From Acidimicrobiia bacterium (lineage in GTDB: Bacteria; Actinomycetota; Acidimicrobiia; IMCC26256; PALSA-610): 49,513 nt of DNA. Below the pieces are notes generated by a model that saw only the letters and a list, made by a program, of their open reading frames with translations, was not told where the DNA came from and made no database searches. The position numbers and the translations under genes were made by a program. The DNA lies in assembly GCA_017882905.1 (NCBI GenBank), contig JADGOO010000108.1, forward strand, positions 1-49,513. The letters run 5' to 3'. How positions within the stretch are numbered: position 1 is the first letter of the stretch; each line of letters starts with the position of its first letter. This document shows positions 20,596 to 27,715 of the stretch, piece by piece.

Positions 20596-20847
20596 ATGTA
20601 CTCAACGGCCCGCAGGGTCGATGCGCTCGGGCGCATCGTGTTGCCTGCTGAGCTCCGGCGGTCGCTCGGCATCAGCGAAGGCGACCCCCTCGACGTCAGC
20701 GAAGCCGACGGATCGATCGTCCTCACGAGGCACGCCGATTCGTGCGCGATCTGCCGTTCGGAGACCGAGCTCATCGAGTTCCGCGGTCGCCACATCTGCA
20801 GCAGTTGCGTCTCGGAGATCAGGACGAAGGCGCGCGCCTCGCGATGA
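20596..20847 (+). CDS. AbrB/MazE/SpoVT-family DNA-binding protein with C-terminal CxxC-x18-CxxC zinc ribbon
   Basis: RRVDALGRIVLPAELRRSLGISEGDPLDV closely follows the AbrB swapped-hairpin consensus (RKVDELGRVVIPIELRR.LGI.E.D.L). C-terminal CAICRS...ICSSC. Purine-rich SD GGGGTGGGGAAAG lies before the ATG. The 3' end overlaps the rsmI 3' end convergently by 29 nt. Confidence 0.55.
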   Translation: MYSTARRVDALGRIVLPAELRRSLGISEGDPLDVSEADGSIVLTRHADSCAICRSETELIEFRGRHICSSCVSEIRTKARASR

Positions 20848-21661
20848 CGAGGTCGTAGGCCTCGCGGCGCGTCAACCCGAGCTCGTCGCTCAACGCCCTG
20901 GCCGCGTCACGGGCACCGAGACCACCGGCGAGCAGCGCGTCGGCGCGCGCCGACGCCACTGCGGGATCGGCCGGCTCGGTGTTGATCGGCGCGCCACCGA
21001 CCACGATCACGCACTCGCCCCGTGCCGGGATGTTGCCCGTCGCGACGGCTGCGGAGAGCGAAGCCAGGGTCCCCCGCACCACGCTCTCGTGCAGCTTCGT
21101 CAGCTCACGCACGACGGCCGCCGACCGGTCGGCGCCAGTCACGGCGGCAAGATCGTCGAGCGTGGCGCGCAGACGCAACGGCGATTCGAACAACACCGAT
21201 GTGACGGCCGACGTCGCGATGGCGCGCACGGCGTCGGTGCGAGCACGGCCTTTGCGCGCCAAGAAGCCGACGAACGTGAACGGCACCGTGGGAAGGCCGG
21301 CCAACGCAAGCGCGCCGAGCACGGCGCTCGGCCCCGGTACCACCGTCACGGTCAGCCCCGCGTCGGCACACGCCCGCACGAGCCGCTCACCCGGATCGGA
21401 GATGGCCGGCATGCCCGCGTCGCTCACATACGCGACGGTCGCGCCTCGTTGCACGAGCTCGACCACGCGCGCCGCCCCCTGTTGCTCGTTGTGGGCATGC
21501 AGGCCCCGCAACCGTCCGCCCGCCTCGATGCCGCAATGCGAGAGCAGGCCACGCGTGCGCCGCGTGTCCTCCGCGTAGATCCAGTCGGCGGCACGCAACG
21601 TCTCCACTGCACGGCTCGAGAGATCCCCGAGGTTCCCGATCGGCGTCGCAACGAGCACCAA
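20819..21661 (-). CDS. rsmI: 16S rRNA (cytidine1402-2'-O)-methyltransferase
   Basis: LVLVATPIGNLGDLS ... tetrapyrrole-methylase fold motifs of RsmI. GTG/TTG start chosen downstream of the DUF192 stop; the ORF-track N-extension was rejected. Confidence 0.8.
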   Translation of the reverse strand: MVLVATPIGNLGDLSSRAVETLRAADWIYAEDTRRTRGLLSHCGIEAGGRLRGLHAHNEQQGAARVVELVQRGATVAYVSDAGMPAISDPGERLVRACADAGLTVTVVPGPSAVLGALALAGLPTVPFTFVGFLARKGRARTDAVRAIATSAVTSVLFESPLRLRATLDDLAAVTGADRSAAVVRELTKLHESVVRGTLASLSAAVATGNIPARGECVIVVGGAPINTEPADPAVASARADALLAGGLGARDAARALSDELGLTRREAYDLVIARRAPSS

Positions 21662-21717
21662 CGAGCCGGGAACGGGTTCGAGCGACGCGGCGCTGCTCGT
21701 CTCCGAGTCGGGGCCGG

Positions 21718-22047
21718 TCACCCCTTCACCTCGATCACGTCGCCCGGGCCGACCTTCCATCGGTCGAACGAGCCGGCCGCCGCTTCGATCGCGAAGTACG
21801 CGCGCGGCACCGGGCGCGAGATCCGGCGCGGTACCAACGACGCCACGTGGAGCACGAAACCGTCGCGGTCGCAGAACGCGACATCGATCGGCACCCGCAT
21901 GCCGAACGTGTGCACGTGGCGGCAGGGCCGCAGCACGAGCACACCGTCGATCTGCGTACGGCCCGCGAGGCCCTGACGACGTTGACGGCGCGTCACCGCG
22001 ACGTCGGCAGCGGCAAGCACGTCGTCACCTCGTACGAGCCACGGCAT
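21718..22047 (-). CDS. DUF192 domain protein
   Basis: 109 aa; pattern ...RRQGLAGR...GVLVL.PC..VHTFGMR.P.DV.F.D.DG.V resembles COG1430/DUF192. Confidence 0.55.
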   Translation of the reverse strand: MPWLVRGDDVLAAADVAVTRRQRRQGLAGRTQIDGVLVLRPCRHVHTFGMRVPIDVAFCDRDGFVLHVASLVPRRISRPVPRAYFAIEAAAGSFDRWKVGPGDVIEVKG

Positions 22048-22056
22048 CGGTGCGCC

Positions 22057-23094
22057 TCACACGTTGAAGCGGATCTCGAGCACGTCGCCGTCGAGAACCT
22101 CGTAATCCTTGCCCTCGAGCCGGATCCGCCCGAGCTCCTTCGCCTTCGCCCACGATCCGATCTCGAGCAGCTCGTCCCAGCGGATCACCTCGGCGCGGAT
22201 GAAGCCACGCTGCAGGTCGGAGTGGATCACGCCGGCACACTCCGGAGCTCGCGCCCCGGCGCGGTACGTCCAGGCTCGGGATTCCTTGTCGCCTGTGGTG
22301 AGGAACGTTCGCCGGCCGAGCAGCAGGTACGCGGCGCGTGCCACCCTCGGCAACACACTCTCGGCGATGCCGAACGTCTCGAGCATCTCGGCGCGCTCAG
22401 CAGGATCGCCGAGCGCGATCTCGGCCTCCACATCGATGGCTACCGGCAGCGCGTCGTGACCGAAGTCCTTGGCGATGGCCTCGGCGTCGGCCACTTGCGT
22501 CTCGTCGATGTTGAGCAACACGAACGCCGGTTTCGTGGTGAGCAAGAAGCACGGCGCGAGCGCTTCGCGCGCCTGCGCGTCGAGCCCGCTGCGGTAGATC
22601 GGAACACCATCACCCAACGCGGCCGCTGCCGCGTCGAGCGCCGCGACCTCGGCGATGATCGCCTTGTCGCCGCTCTTGGCCGCGCGCCGCTGCTTGTCGA
22701 CGCGCGATTCGACCGTGGCCAGGTCGGTGACGACGAGCTCCAGCTCGAGGCCGTCGAGGTCGCCGTGCGGATCGGCGGGGCCGAGCGAGGCGTGCTCGTG
22801 GGCCCGCAGCACGAAGCACAGCGCGTCGCAGTTGCGCAGGCTGCCGAGGAACCGTGCGCCGAGACCCTCGCCGGGCTTCGTGCCCGGCGGCAACGCGATC
22901 TGGGCCAGCTCGAAGCCCGCGGGCACCACCTTCTTCGAGTGCGACATGGCCGCCAACCGCTCGAGGCGCTCGTCGGCGACCTGCGCCACGCCCATCGCCG
23001 ACTCGTACACGCCGGGGTCGGCCAGGCCGGTGAGCGCGCTGAACAGCCGGTTCGAACCGGCATCGGACCAGCCGACCAGACCCAGGTGCTCCAT
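22057..23094 (-). CDS. YchF/Obg-family protein with degenerate G1/G2/G3 nucleotide-binding motifs (TGS C-terminal domain intact)
   Basis: 345 aa, collinear with YchF through to the TGS domain (...HSDLQRGFIRAEVIRWDELL...RLEGKDYEVLDGDVLEIRFNV). The P-loop position reads GLVGWSDAGSNRLFSALTG instead of G.VG.PNVGKSTLFNALT. DxxG is QIAL. NxxE is retained as NIDE. Confidence 0.75.
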   Translation of the reverse strand: MEHLGLVGWSDAGSNRLFSALTGLADPGVYESAMGVAQVADERLERLAAMSHSKKVVPAGFELAQIALPPGTKPGEGLGARFLGSLRNCDALCFVLRAHEHASLGPADPHGDLDGLELELVVTDLATVESRVDKQRRAAKSGDKAIIAEVAALDAAAAALGDGVPIYRSGLDAQAREALAPCFLLTTKPAFVLLNIDETQVADAEAIAKDFGHDALPVAIDVEAEIALGDPAERAEMLETFGIAESVLPRVARAAYLLLGRRTFLTTGDKESRAWTYRAGARAPECAGVIHSDLQRGFIRAEVIRWDELLEIGSWAKAKELGRIRLEGKDYEVLDGDVLEIRFNV

Positions 23095-23114
23095 CGCCCA
23101 GCAGGGTATGCGTG

Positions 23115-23337
23115 TCGTTTGCGCCTGCTCCGCCCGGCGCGGCGAGTGGCTTGCCACACCTGTCGCTCCTCCGTCGCTCCCGGGCTGGCTGCGACACCGC
23201 GATTTCGTTTGCGCCTGCTCCGCCCGGCGCGGCGAGTGGCTTGCCACCCGTGTCGCTCCTCCGTCGCTCCCGGGCTGGCTGCGCCGTGTCTTTGGCGCCT
23301 GCTCTTCGTGGCAAGAAGTCGTCAGGAGCAGGCGTTG
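23115..23337. repeat. tandem direct repeat, two full units (90 and 84 bp) plus a partial third
   Basis: Units begin tcgtttgcgcctgctccgcccggcgcggcgagtggcttgccac... at 23115 and 23205; a partial third starts at 23289 and ends in the inverted repeat cgcctgctc...gagcaggcg. Confidence 0.85.
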
Positions 23338-23380
23338 GCGACGCTGCTACTGTGTCTCCTTCGTGAGCAAGAAGTCGAAG

Positions 23381-23452
23381 ATGCGCAAACTGAACGCCAA
23401 GCGCAAGAAGGCGAACCACGGCAAGAAGCCGCTCGCCGGCCGCAAGTCCTGA
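23381..23452 (+). CDS. candidate ribosomal protein bL37 (23-aa basic peptide)
   Basis: MRKLNAKRKKANHGKKPLAGRKS contains the KANHGK(R/K)P core I recall from the mycobacterial bL37 peptide. A GTG at 23363 would add MSKKSK. It is not an ORF-finder artefact of the antisense strand; it lies between the repeat array and the TnpB fragment. Confidence 0.45.
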   Translation: MRKLNAKRKKANHGKKPLAGRKS

Positions 23453-23487
23453 CGAGCGCTCGCGCGCTCGGCGTTCCCTCTCTCGCG

Positions 23488-23985
23488 GAGCCCTCCATGG
23501 CGACCGTCGACGAGGTCGAGGTTCTCCCCGACCCCGAGACCCATCAACTGCTCGCCACCACGCTCGAGCGGGTCAACAAGGCCAGCAATCAGGCGCGCGC
23601 GGCCGCGCTCGAGGCCAAGGTCTTCTCGGGTCGTGAGCTACGTGAGCTCGTGAAGGGCGTCGTCGACGCCGCGAAGCTCCCCGATGCGCTCGTCACCGCG
23701 ATCACCGACCGTGTCGAGGCGTCGCTCGCTCGCCGCTCGGGCAAGCAGCCGAAGTTCTCCACCTACCAGGCGCTCACGTTGCCGGCGGGCGCGTTCCGGT
23801 GGAGCTCCGACGGCAAGGTCGCGATGCCCACCGCCAAGGGCCGGCGCACCATCCGGATCCGCATCGACACGGCACGCGGCGGCCTGCGCCCCCCGCTCGA
23901 GGGCCGCCCGGCGATGCTCGTGTTCCGCAACGGCGAGTTCCACCTCTGGGCCGCCGACGTCGACCGCTCCCCCGACGACGACTGA
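23488..23985 (+). pseudogene. truncated TnpB (IS200/IS605 OrfB, IS1341-like) N-terminal fragment; RuvC and Zn-finger domains missing
   Basis: VEVLPDPETHQLLATTLERVNKASNQA matches the TnpB N-terminal consensus (.RLYPT.EQ...L..T.G..R.V.N.A). It is followed by a GKQPKFSTY / MPTAKGRRTIRIRIDTARGGLRPPLEG / LVFRNGEFHLW pattern (PRFK..., LPK.G.V.., R.GKWY-like). The ORF stops where RuvC-I (IDLG) should start. GGAG RBS lies 7 nt upstream of the ATG. Confidence 0.55.
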
Positions 23986-24010
23986 TCTGCGCCTGTCGAA
24001 GCAGGCTTCC

Positions 24011-24082
24011 GCGACACCGCGGTGGCGAAGCCAGCCCGGGAGCGACGAAGGAGCGACACGGGTGGCAAGCCACTCGCCGCGG
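24011..24082. repeat. inverted copy of the 23115-23337 repeat unit
   Basis: gccagcccgggagcgacgaaggagcgacacgggtggcaagccactcgccgcg is the reverse complement of the unit core with one mismatch over about 50 bp. With the direct copies it brackets bL37 and the TnpB fragment. Confidence 0.85.
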
Positions 24083-24110
24083 TAGGCGAAGCCGTCGCAG
24101 AAGACAGCGT

Positions 24111-24938
24111 TCACCTTGTCCAGGGCACATGGCTGACGACGAGCAGGGATTGCACGCCGCGGCCGATCGGGCCCTGTTCGTCGTGGAGCTCGGTCTCGCA
24201 CATCGCCACTCCTTGGGCATGCGCCCAGGCTCGTGAGGCGAGGCCGATCCACGCACCTTCGGCGGGCCGGTGCAGGTGCACGGTCAGCTCGGGGTTGATC
24301 GTGCCGGTCGACGACATGCGCACGGAGTTGCCCACGCCGCTGCCGAAGTCGGCGGCGGCCGCCACCCGCTGCAGCGGCGAGACCTCCTCACCGGCGATGA
24401 CGGGAACGGCGAGTCGCAGCCACGCGGCGCCCGGCCCGGGCGTCTGCCAGTCGCCGGCGGCCATCCGGAACTCGTTGGCCATCCAGAACCCGACCCGCTC
24501 GGGGAGGCCGATCGGTTGGCGGGGAGAGTCGCGCGGCGAGCGGGGCATCGGTTCCGAAAGCGGGACGGGCGCGTCGCCGACGTCGAAGTGGGCGTCGTCG
24601 TAGCGCGCCAGTCGCAACGCGCGTGCGGCCGCAACGAGGCGATCGTCCACGTCGCGCACCTCTACATCGATCCACTGGACGCGACCGCCCGGCCGCATGG
24701 TCGTCGCCCGTACCTCCAGATGCCCGAGCGGTACCGGTCGCAGCAGCTCGACAGTCAGCCTCGACACGAACATCGCCGGCCCCGGATCGTGTCGTTCCGC
24801 AGCCCACGCGCAGAGCGCGGCGACCGGCCCGCCATGCAACGCCTTCGGGTCCCACGGTCCGCGGGCGAGCGGCGTGGCGAGCACTCCGGTGCCGTCGGGC
24901 AGGAAGAGCGCGTCGTGTCCGGCAAGCGGGGCGTTCAT
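24111..24938 (-). CDS. thioesterase-family protein (hotdog fold, acyl-CoA thioesterase-like)
   Basis: RGPWDPKALHGGPVAALCAWAAE and a second half-domain pattern, typical of double-hotdog TesB-like/thioesterase-like superfamily proteins; start taken at MNAPLAGHDALFLPDG. The upstream 66 codons in the ORF track overlap the repeat and were rejected. Confidence 0.55.
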   Translation of the reverse strand: MNAPLAGHDALFLPDGTGVLATPLARGPWDPKALHGGPVAALCAWAAERHDPGPAMFVSRLTVELLRPVPLGHLEVRATTMRPGGRVQWIDVEVRDVDDRLVAAARALRLARYDDAHFDVGDAPVPLSEPMPRSPRDSPRQPIGLPERVGFWMANEFRMAAGDWQTPGPGAAWLRLAVPVIAGEEVSPLQRVAAAADFGSGVGNSVRMSSTGTINPELTVHLHRPAEGAWIGLASRAWAHAQGVAMCETELHDEQGPIGRGVQSLLVVSHVPWTR

Positions 24939-24960
24939 CGAATCGGATACTCGCGCCACG

Positions 24961-24989
24961 TTGACACGTGTGTCAGGTTTCCGTACCGT
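24961..24989 (+). promoter_or_regulatory. sigma-70-like promoter TTGACA-17-TACCGT, probably leaderless for the SDR operon
   Basis: TTGACA at 24961-66, 17-nt spacer, TACCGT at 24984-89; the in-frame GTG at 24997 lies about 7 nt after the -10, with no room for a Shine-Dalgarno. TGACA-cgtg-TGTCA inverted repeat overlaps the -35. Confidence 0.4.
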
Positions 24990-24996
24990 GCCCGCC

Positions 24997-25770
24997 GTGT
25001 CGAGAGATGGGCTCCTCGAGGGTCGCGTCGCGTTGATCACCGGTTCTGGTTCCGGGCAAGGTCGCGCGGCGGCGGTGCTCTTCGCGGAGCATGGCGCGCG
25101 CGTGGCGGTGATCGACATCAACGACGCGGGCGCCAACGAGACGGTTCAGCTCGTCGAACACAGCAACGGCGAGGCGTTCGCGCTGCACGCCGACGTGTCG
25201 ACCCGCGCGGGATGCGACGCGATGATCGCGGCAACGGTCGAGCGGTTCGGTCGTCTCGACGTGTTGTACAACAACGCGGCGGTGCAGATGTCGGGTCGCG
25301 TCACGGAGTGCACCGAGGACCAGTGGGATCTCACGATCGCGACGAACCTCACGGCGATCTTCTGGGCATGTCGCGCGGCGATTCCGCACATGCTCGACTC
25401 CGGTTACGGGTCGATCATCAGCACGTCGTCGACGCTCGGGATCATCGGCAGTGAGGGGTACGCCGCGTACGGGGCAGCGAAGGCTGGGTTGATCGCGCTC
25501 ACGAAGCAGATCGCTGCCGAGTACGGCCCGGTCGTGCGGGCCAACGTGATCGCGCCGGGCTCGATCGACACGCCTCGGTTCCGCAAGGTGCTCGAGTCGA
25601 CTCCGGGCGCCGATCAGTTCCTCGAGATGCTGATGGGCAACATGCCGCTGAAGCGGCTGGGCACCGCCGACGACATCGCGCGCGCCGCCCTGTTCCTCGC
25701 CAGCGCAGAGTCGGCGTACACGTCGGGGGCGGTCGTCCCGGTCGACGGCGGGTTGGCGGCGATGCGATGA
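24997..25770 (+). CDS. SDR family oxidoreductase
   Basis: GRVALITGSGSGQGRA Rossmann motif, NNAA and YxxxK (YAAYGAAK) catalytic motifs. Confidence 0.8.
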   Translation: MSRDGLLEGRVALITGSGSGQGRAAAVLFAEHGARVAVIDINDAGANETVQLVEHSNGEAFALHADVSTRAGCDAMIAATVERFGRLDVLYNNAAVQMSGRVTECTEDQWDLTIATNLTAIFWACRAAIPHMLDSGYGSIISTSSTLGIIGSEGYAAYGAAKAGLIALTKQIAAEYGPVVRANVIAPGSIDTPRFRKVLESTPGADQFLEMLMGNMPLKRLGTADDIARAALFLASAESAYTSGAVVPVDGGLAAMR

Positions 25771-26573
25771 CCATTCGAGCCGACCTCGGAAGCGGCGCCA
25801 ACGGCGGGAGCAGCGCGTCGCGAGTGGCCATCGTCACCGGTGGCGCGTCGGGGCTCGGCGAAGCGATCGCGGGGCGACTCGCTCGCGATCAGTGGACCGT
25901 GCTCGTCGCCGACATCAACGAACGACTCGCCCAACAGGTTGCCGACAACTTGCGGGCCGCGGGCCGCGCCGTCGAACCGATGACGGTCGACGTCACCGAC
26001 GAGGGCGAGGTTGCGGCGATGGTCGACGCGACGATGGAGCACCATGGTCGCATCGACGCGCTGGTGTGCAGCGCAGCTGTCGAGGCGCGCGCGTCGATCG
26101 TCGACTGCACCGACGACGACTGGCAGCACATCCTCGACGTGAACGTGAAGGGCCCGTTCCTGTGCATGAAGCACGCCGTGCCGCACATCGCAGCGACGGG
26201 CGGTGGCGCCGTCGTGCTCATGGGATCCGTCCTGGGCGCACTCGGCGCGCCCGGCTATCCCGCGTACTGCGCGTCGAAGGGCGCGCTGAACAACCTCGCG
26301 AAGCAGGCGGCAATCGAACACGCCGCCGACGGAGTGCGGGTGAACGTCGTGTCACCATCGGCCACCGACACCGGCCTGTTCATGCAGATGGCGGCGCGCG
26401 CTCCTGAGCCCGACAAGGTCATCGAGATGGTCACGCGGAGCTCGCCGATGCGACGGCTCGGTACCGCGGGCGAGGTCGCCGCCACGGTGGCATTCCTCTG
26501 CTCCCCCGGTGCCGCGTACATCTCGGGCGCAATCATCCCGCTCGACGGCGCCATGGCCGCGCGCCGCCCCTGA
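25767..26573 (+). CDS. SDR family oxidoreductase (second, translationally coupled ATGA)
   Basis: RVAIVTGGASGLGEAIA, SAAV, YPAYCASK motifs. Confidence 0.8.
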   Translation: MTIRADLGSGANGGSSASRVAIVTGGASGLGEAIAGRLARDQWTVLVADINERLAQQVADNLRAAGRAVEPMTVDVTDEGEVAAMVDATMEHHGRIDALVCSAAVEARASIVDCTDDDWQHILDVNVKGPFLCMKHAVPHIAATGGGAVVLMGSVLGALGAPGYPAYCASKGALNNLAKQAAIEHAADGVRVNVVSPSATDTGLFMQMAARAPEPDKVIEMVTRSSPMRRLGTAGEVAATVAFLCSPGAAYISGAIIPLDGAMAARRP

Positions 26574-26603
26574 CGATGCGAGCTCCGAGCGCCGGCGATC
26601 GTC

Positions 26604-27662
26604 ATGCGTGACGGTCGCCGCGTGTTCGATGCCGACGGCCACGTGATCGAGCCGGGTGGCATCTTCGGCGCGGCGCAGCGCAGCGACCACAACCCGATCA
26701 CGATCTCGCCGAACACGCCGTTCGAATCGTGCGGCGGCGCCGATCTCGCCGACCAGTGGGAACACGGTTGGGACGCGCCGTCGTACCTACGCGCGATGGA
26801 CGCCCAGGGCATCGACGCGGCCGTGCTCTACCCGTCGGTCGGCTTGTTCGTGCCATACCAGAGCGACCTGAACGCCATCGAGCACCGCGACGCGTGCCGG
26901 GGCTACAACGACTGGATCGCCCACTACTGCACGACCGACGCACGGCGGCTGTTCGGCGTCGGGATCGCGCCAGTGCTCGAGATGGACCACGCCGTCGACG
27001 AAGTCGCGCGGGCACGGTCACTCGGCATCGTGGCGATGATGGTGCGCCCCAACTACTTGTGGGGCCGAAATCTCGGCGATCGCTTCTTCGATCCGCTCTA
27101 TGCGGCGCTCTGCGACGCCGGTCTGCCGCTCGCGGTGCACGAGGGCTTCGGCGTTCAGGCCGGGCCCACGCTCGCTGCCGAGCGCTTCGGCGGATTCACA
27201 TTGCGGCATCTGTGCTGCCACCCCATGGAGCAGATGGCCGCGCTCGCGAGCCTCGTGATCGACGGCGCGCTCGAACGCCATCCCGATCTCCGGGTGGCGT
27301 TCCTCGAATCCGGTACCGGCTGGCTCGCGTATTGGCTCGCCCGCCTCGACGACCACATCGCCTGGATGGCCGGCTCCGAGACGCACGATCTGTCGTGTTC
27401 GGCCACCGAGTACTTCGCCCGGCAGTGCGTGATCTCCACCGACCCGGAAGACCCGCTCGTCGCCCCGACGTGCGCCGCCGTCGGCGCCGATCACGTGGTC
27501 TGGGCCAGCGACTTCCCGCACCCCGACGCCGCCTTCCCCGATGCCGTCGACGAGTTCGTGCACCACAACCCCGATCTGGCCGCCGCCGACCTCGACCGGC
27601 TGCTCTGGGACACGCCAGTGGGCTTCTACAGCCTCGCCGACAGGGTCGCGCCCGCTTGCTGA
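26604..27662 (+). CDS. amidohydrolase-2 family (ACMSD-like TIM-barrel metal-dependent hydrolase)
   Basis: VFDADGHVIEP N-terminal HxH-like metal site, ...AVHEGFG..., ...ASDFPHPD C-terminal motif as in PF04909 proteins. Confidence 0.7.
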   Translation: MRDGRRVFDADGHVIEPGGIFGAAQRSDHNPITISPNTPFESCGGADLADQWEHGWDAPSYLRAMDAQGIDAAVLYPSVGLFVPYQSDLNAIEHRDACRGYNDWIAHYCTTDARRLFGVGIAPVLEMDHAVDEVARARSLGIVAMMVRPNYLWGRNLGDRFFDPLYAALCDAGLPLAVHEGFGVQAGPTLAAERFGGFTLRHLCCHPMEQMAALASLVIDGALERHPDLRVAFLESGTGWLAYWLARLDDHIAWMAGSETHDLSCSATEYFARQCVISTDPEDPLVAPTCAAVGADHVVWASDFPHPDAAFPDAVDEFVHHNPDLAAADLDRLLWDTPVGFYSLADRVAPAC

Positions 27663-27715
27663 GACCGCGGGGCACGGTGTCACGGACCCGTCTGGCGCCG
27701 CTCTAGCGTTGTGGT

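Noticed and set aside
22057-23247. Longer ychF ORF (396 aa) that might have supplied an intact P-loop upstream
   Set aside because: The extra 51 N-terminal codons are simply the translated repeat units (ASHSPRRAEQAQT twice) and contain no GxxxxGKS. The conserved YchF N-terminus aligns from MEHLGLVGW at 23094.
23115-23337. Possible CRISPR array
   Set aside because: Repeat units are 84-90 bp and directly abutting, with no unique spacers, and no cas genes are nearby. This is a tandem duplication of a dispersed-repeat-like element, not a CRISPR.
21847-23985. 712-aa plus-strand ORF spanning from rsmI to the TnpB fragment
   Set aside because: Its first ~540 codons are antisense to DUF192 and ychF and run through the repeat array. 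Only the last 165 codons (from ATG 23488 with a GGAG RBS) show protein-like sequence (TnpB N-terminal domain).
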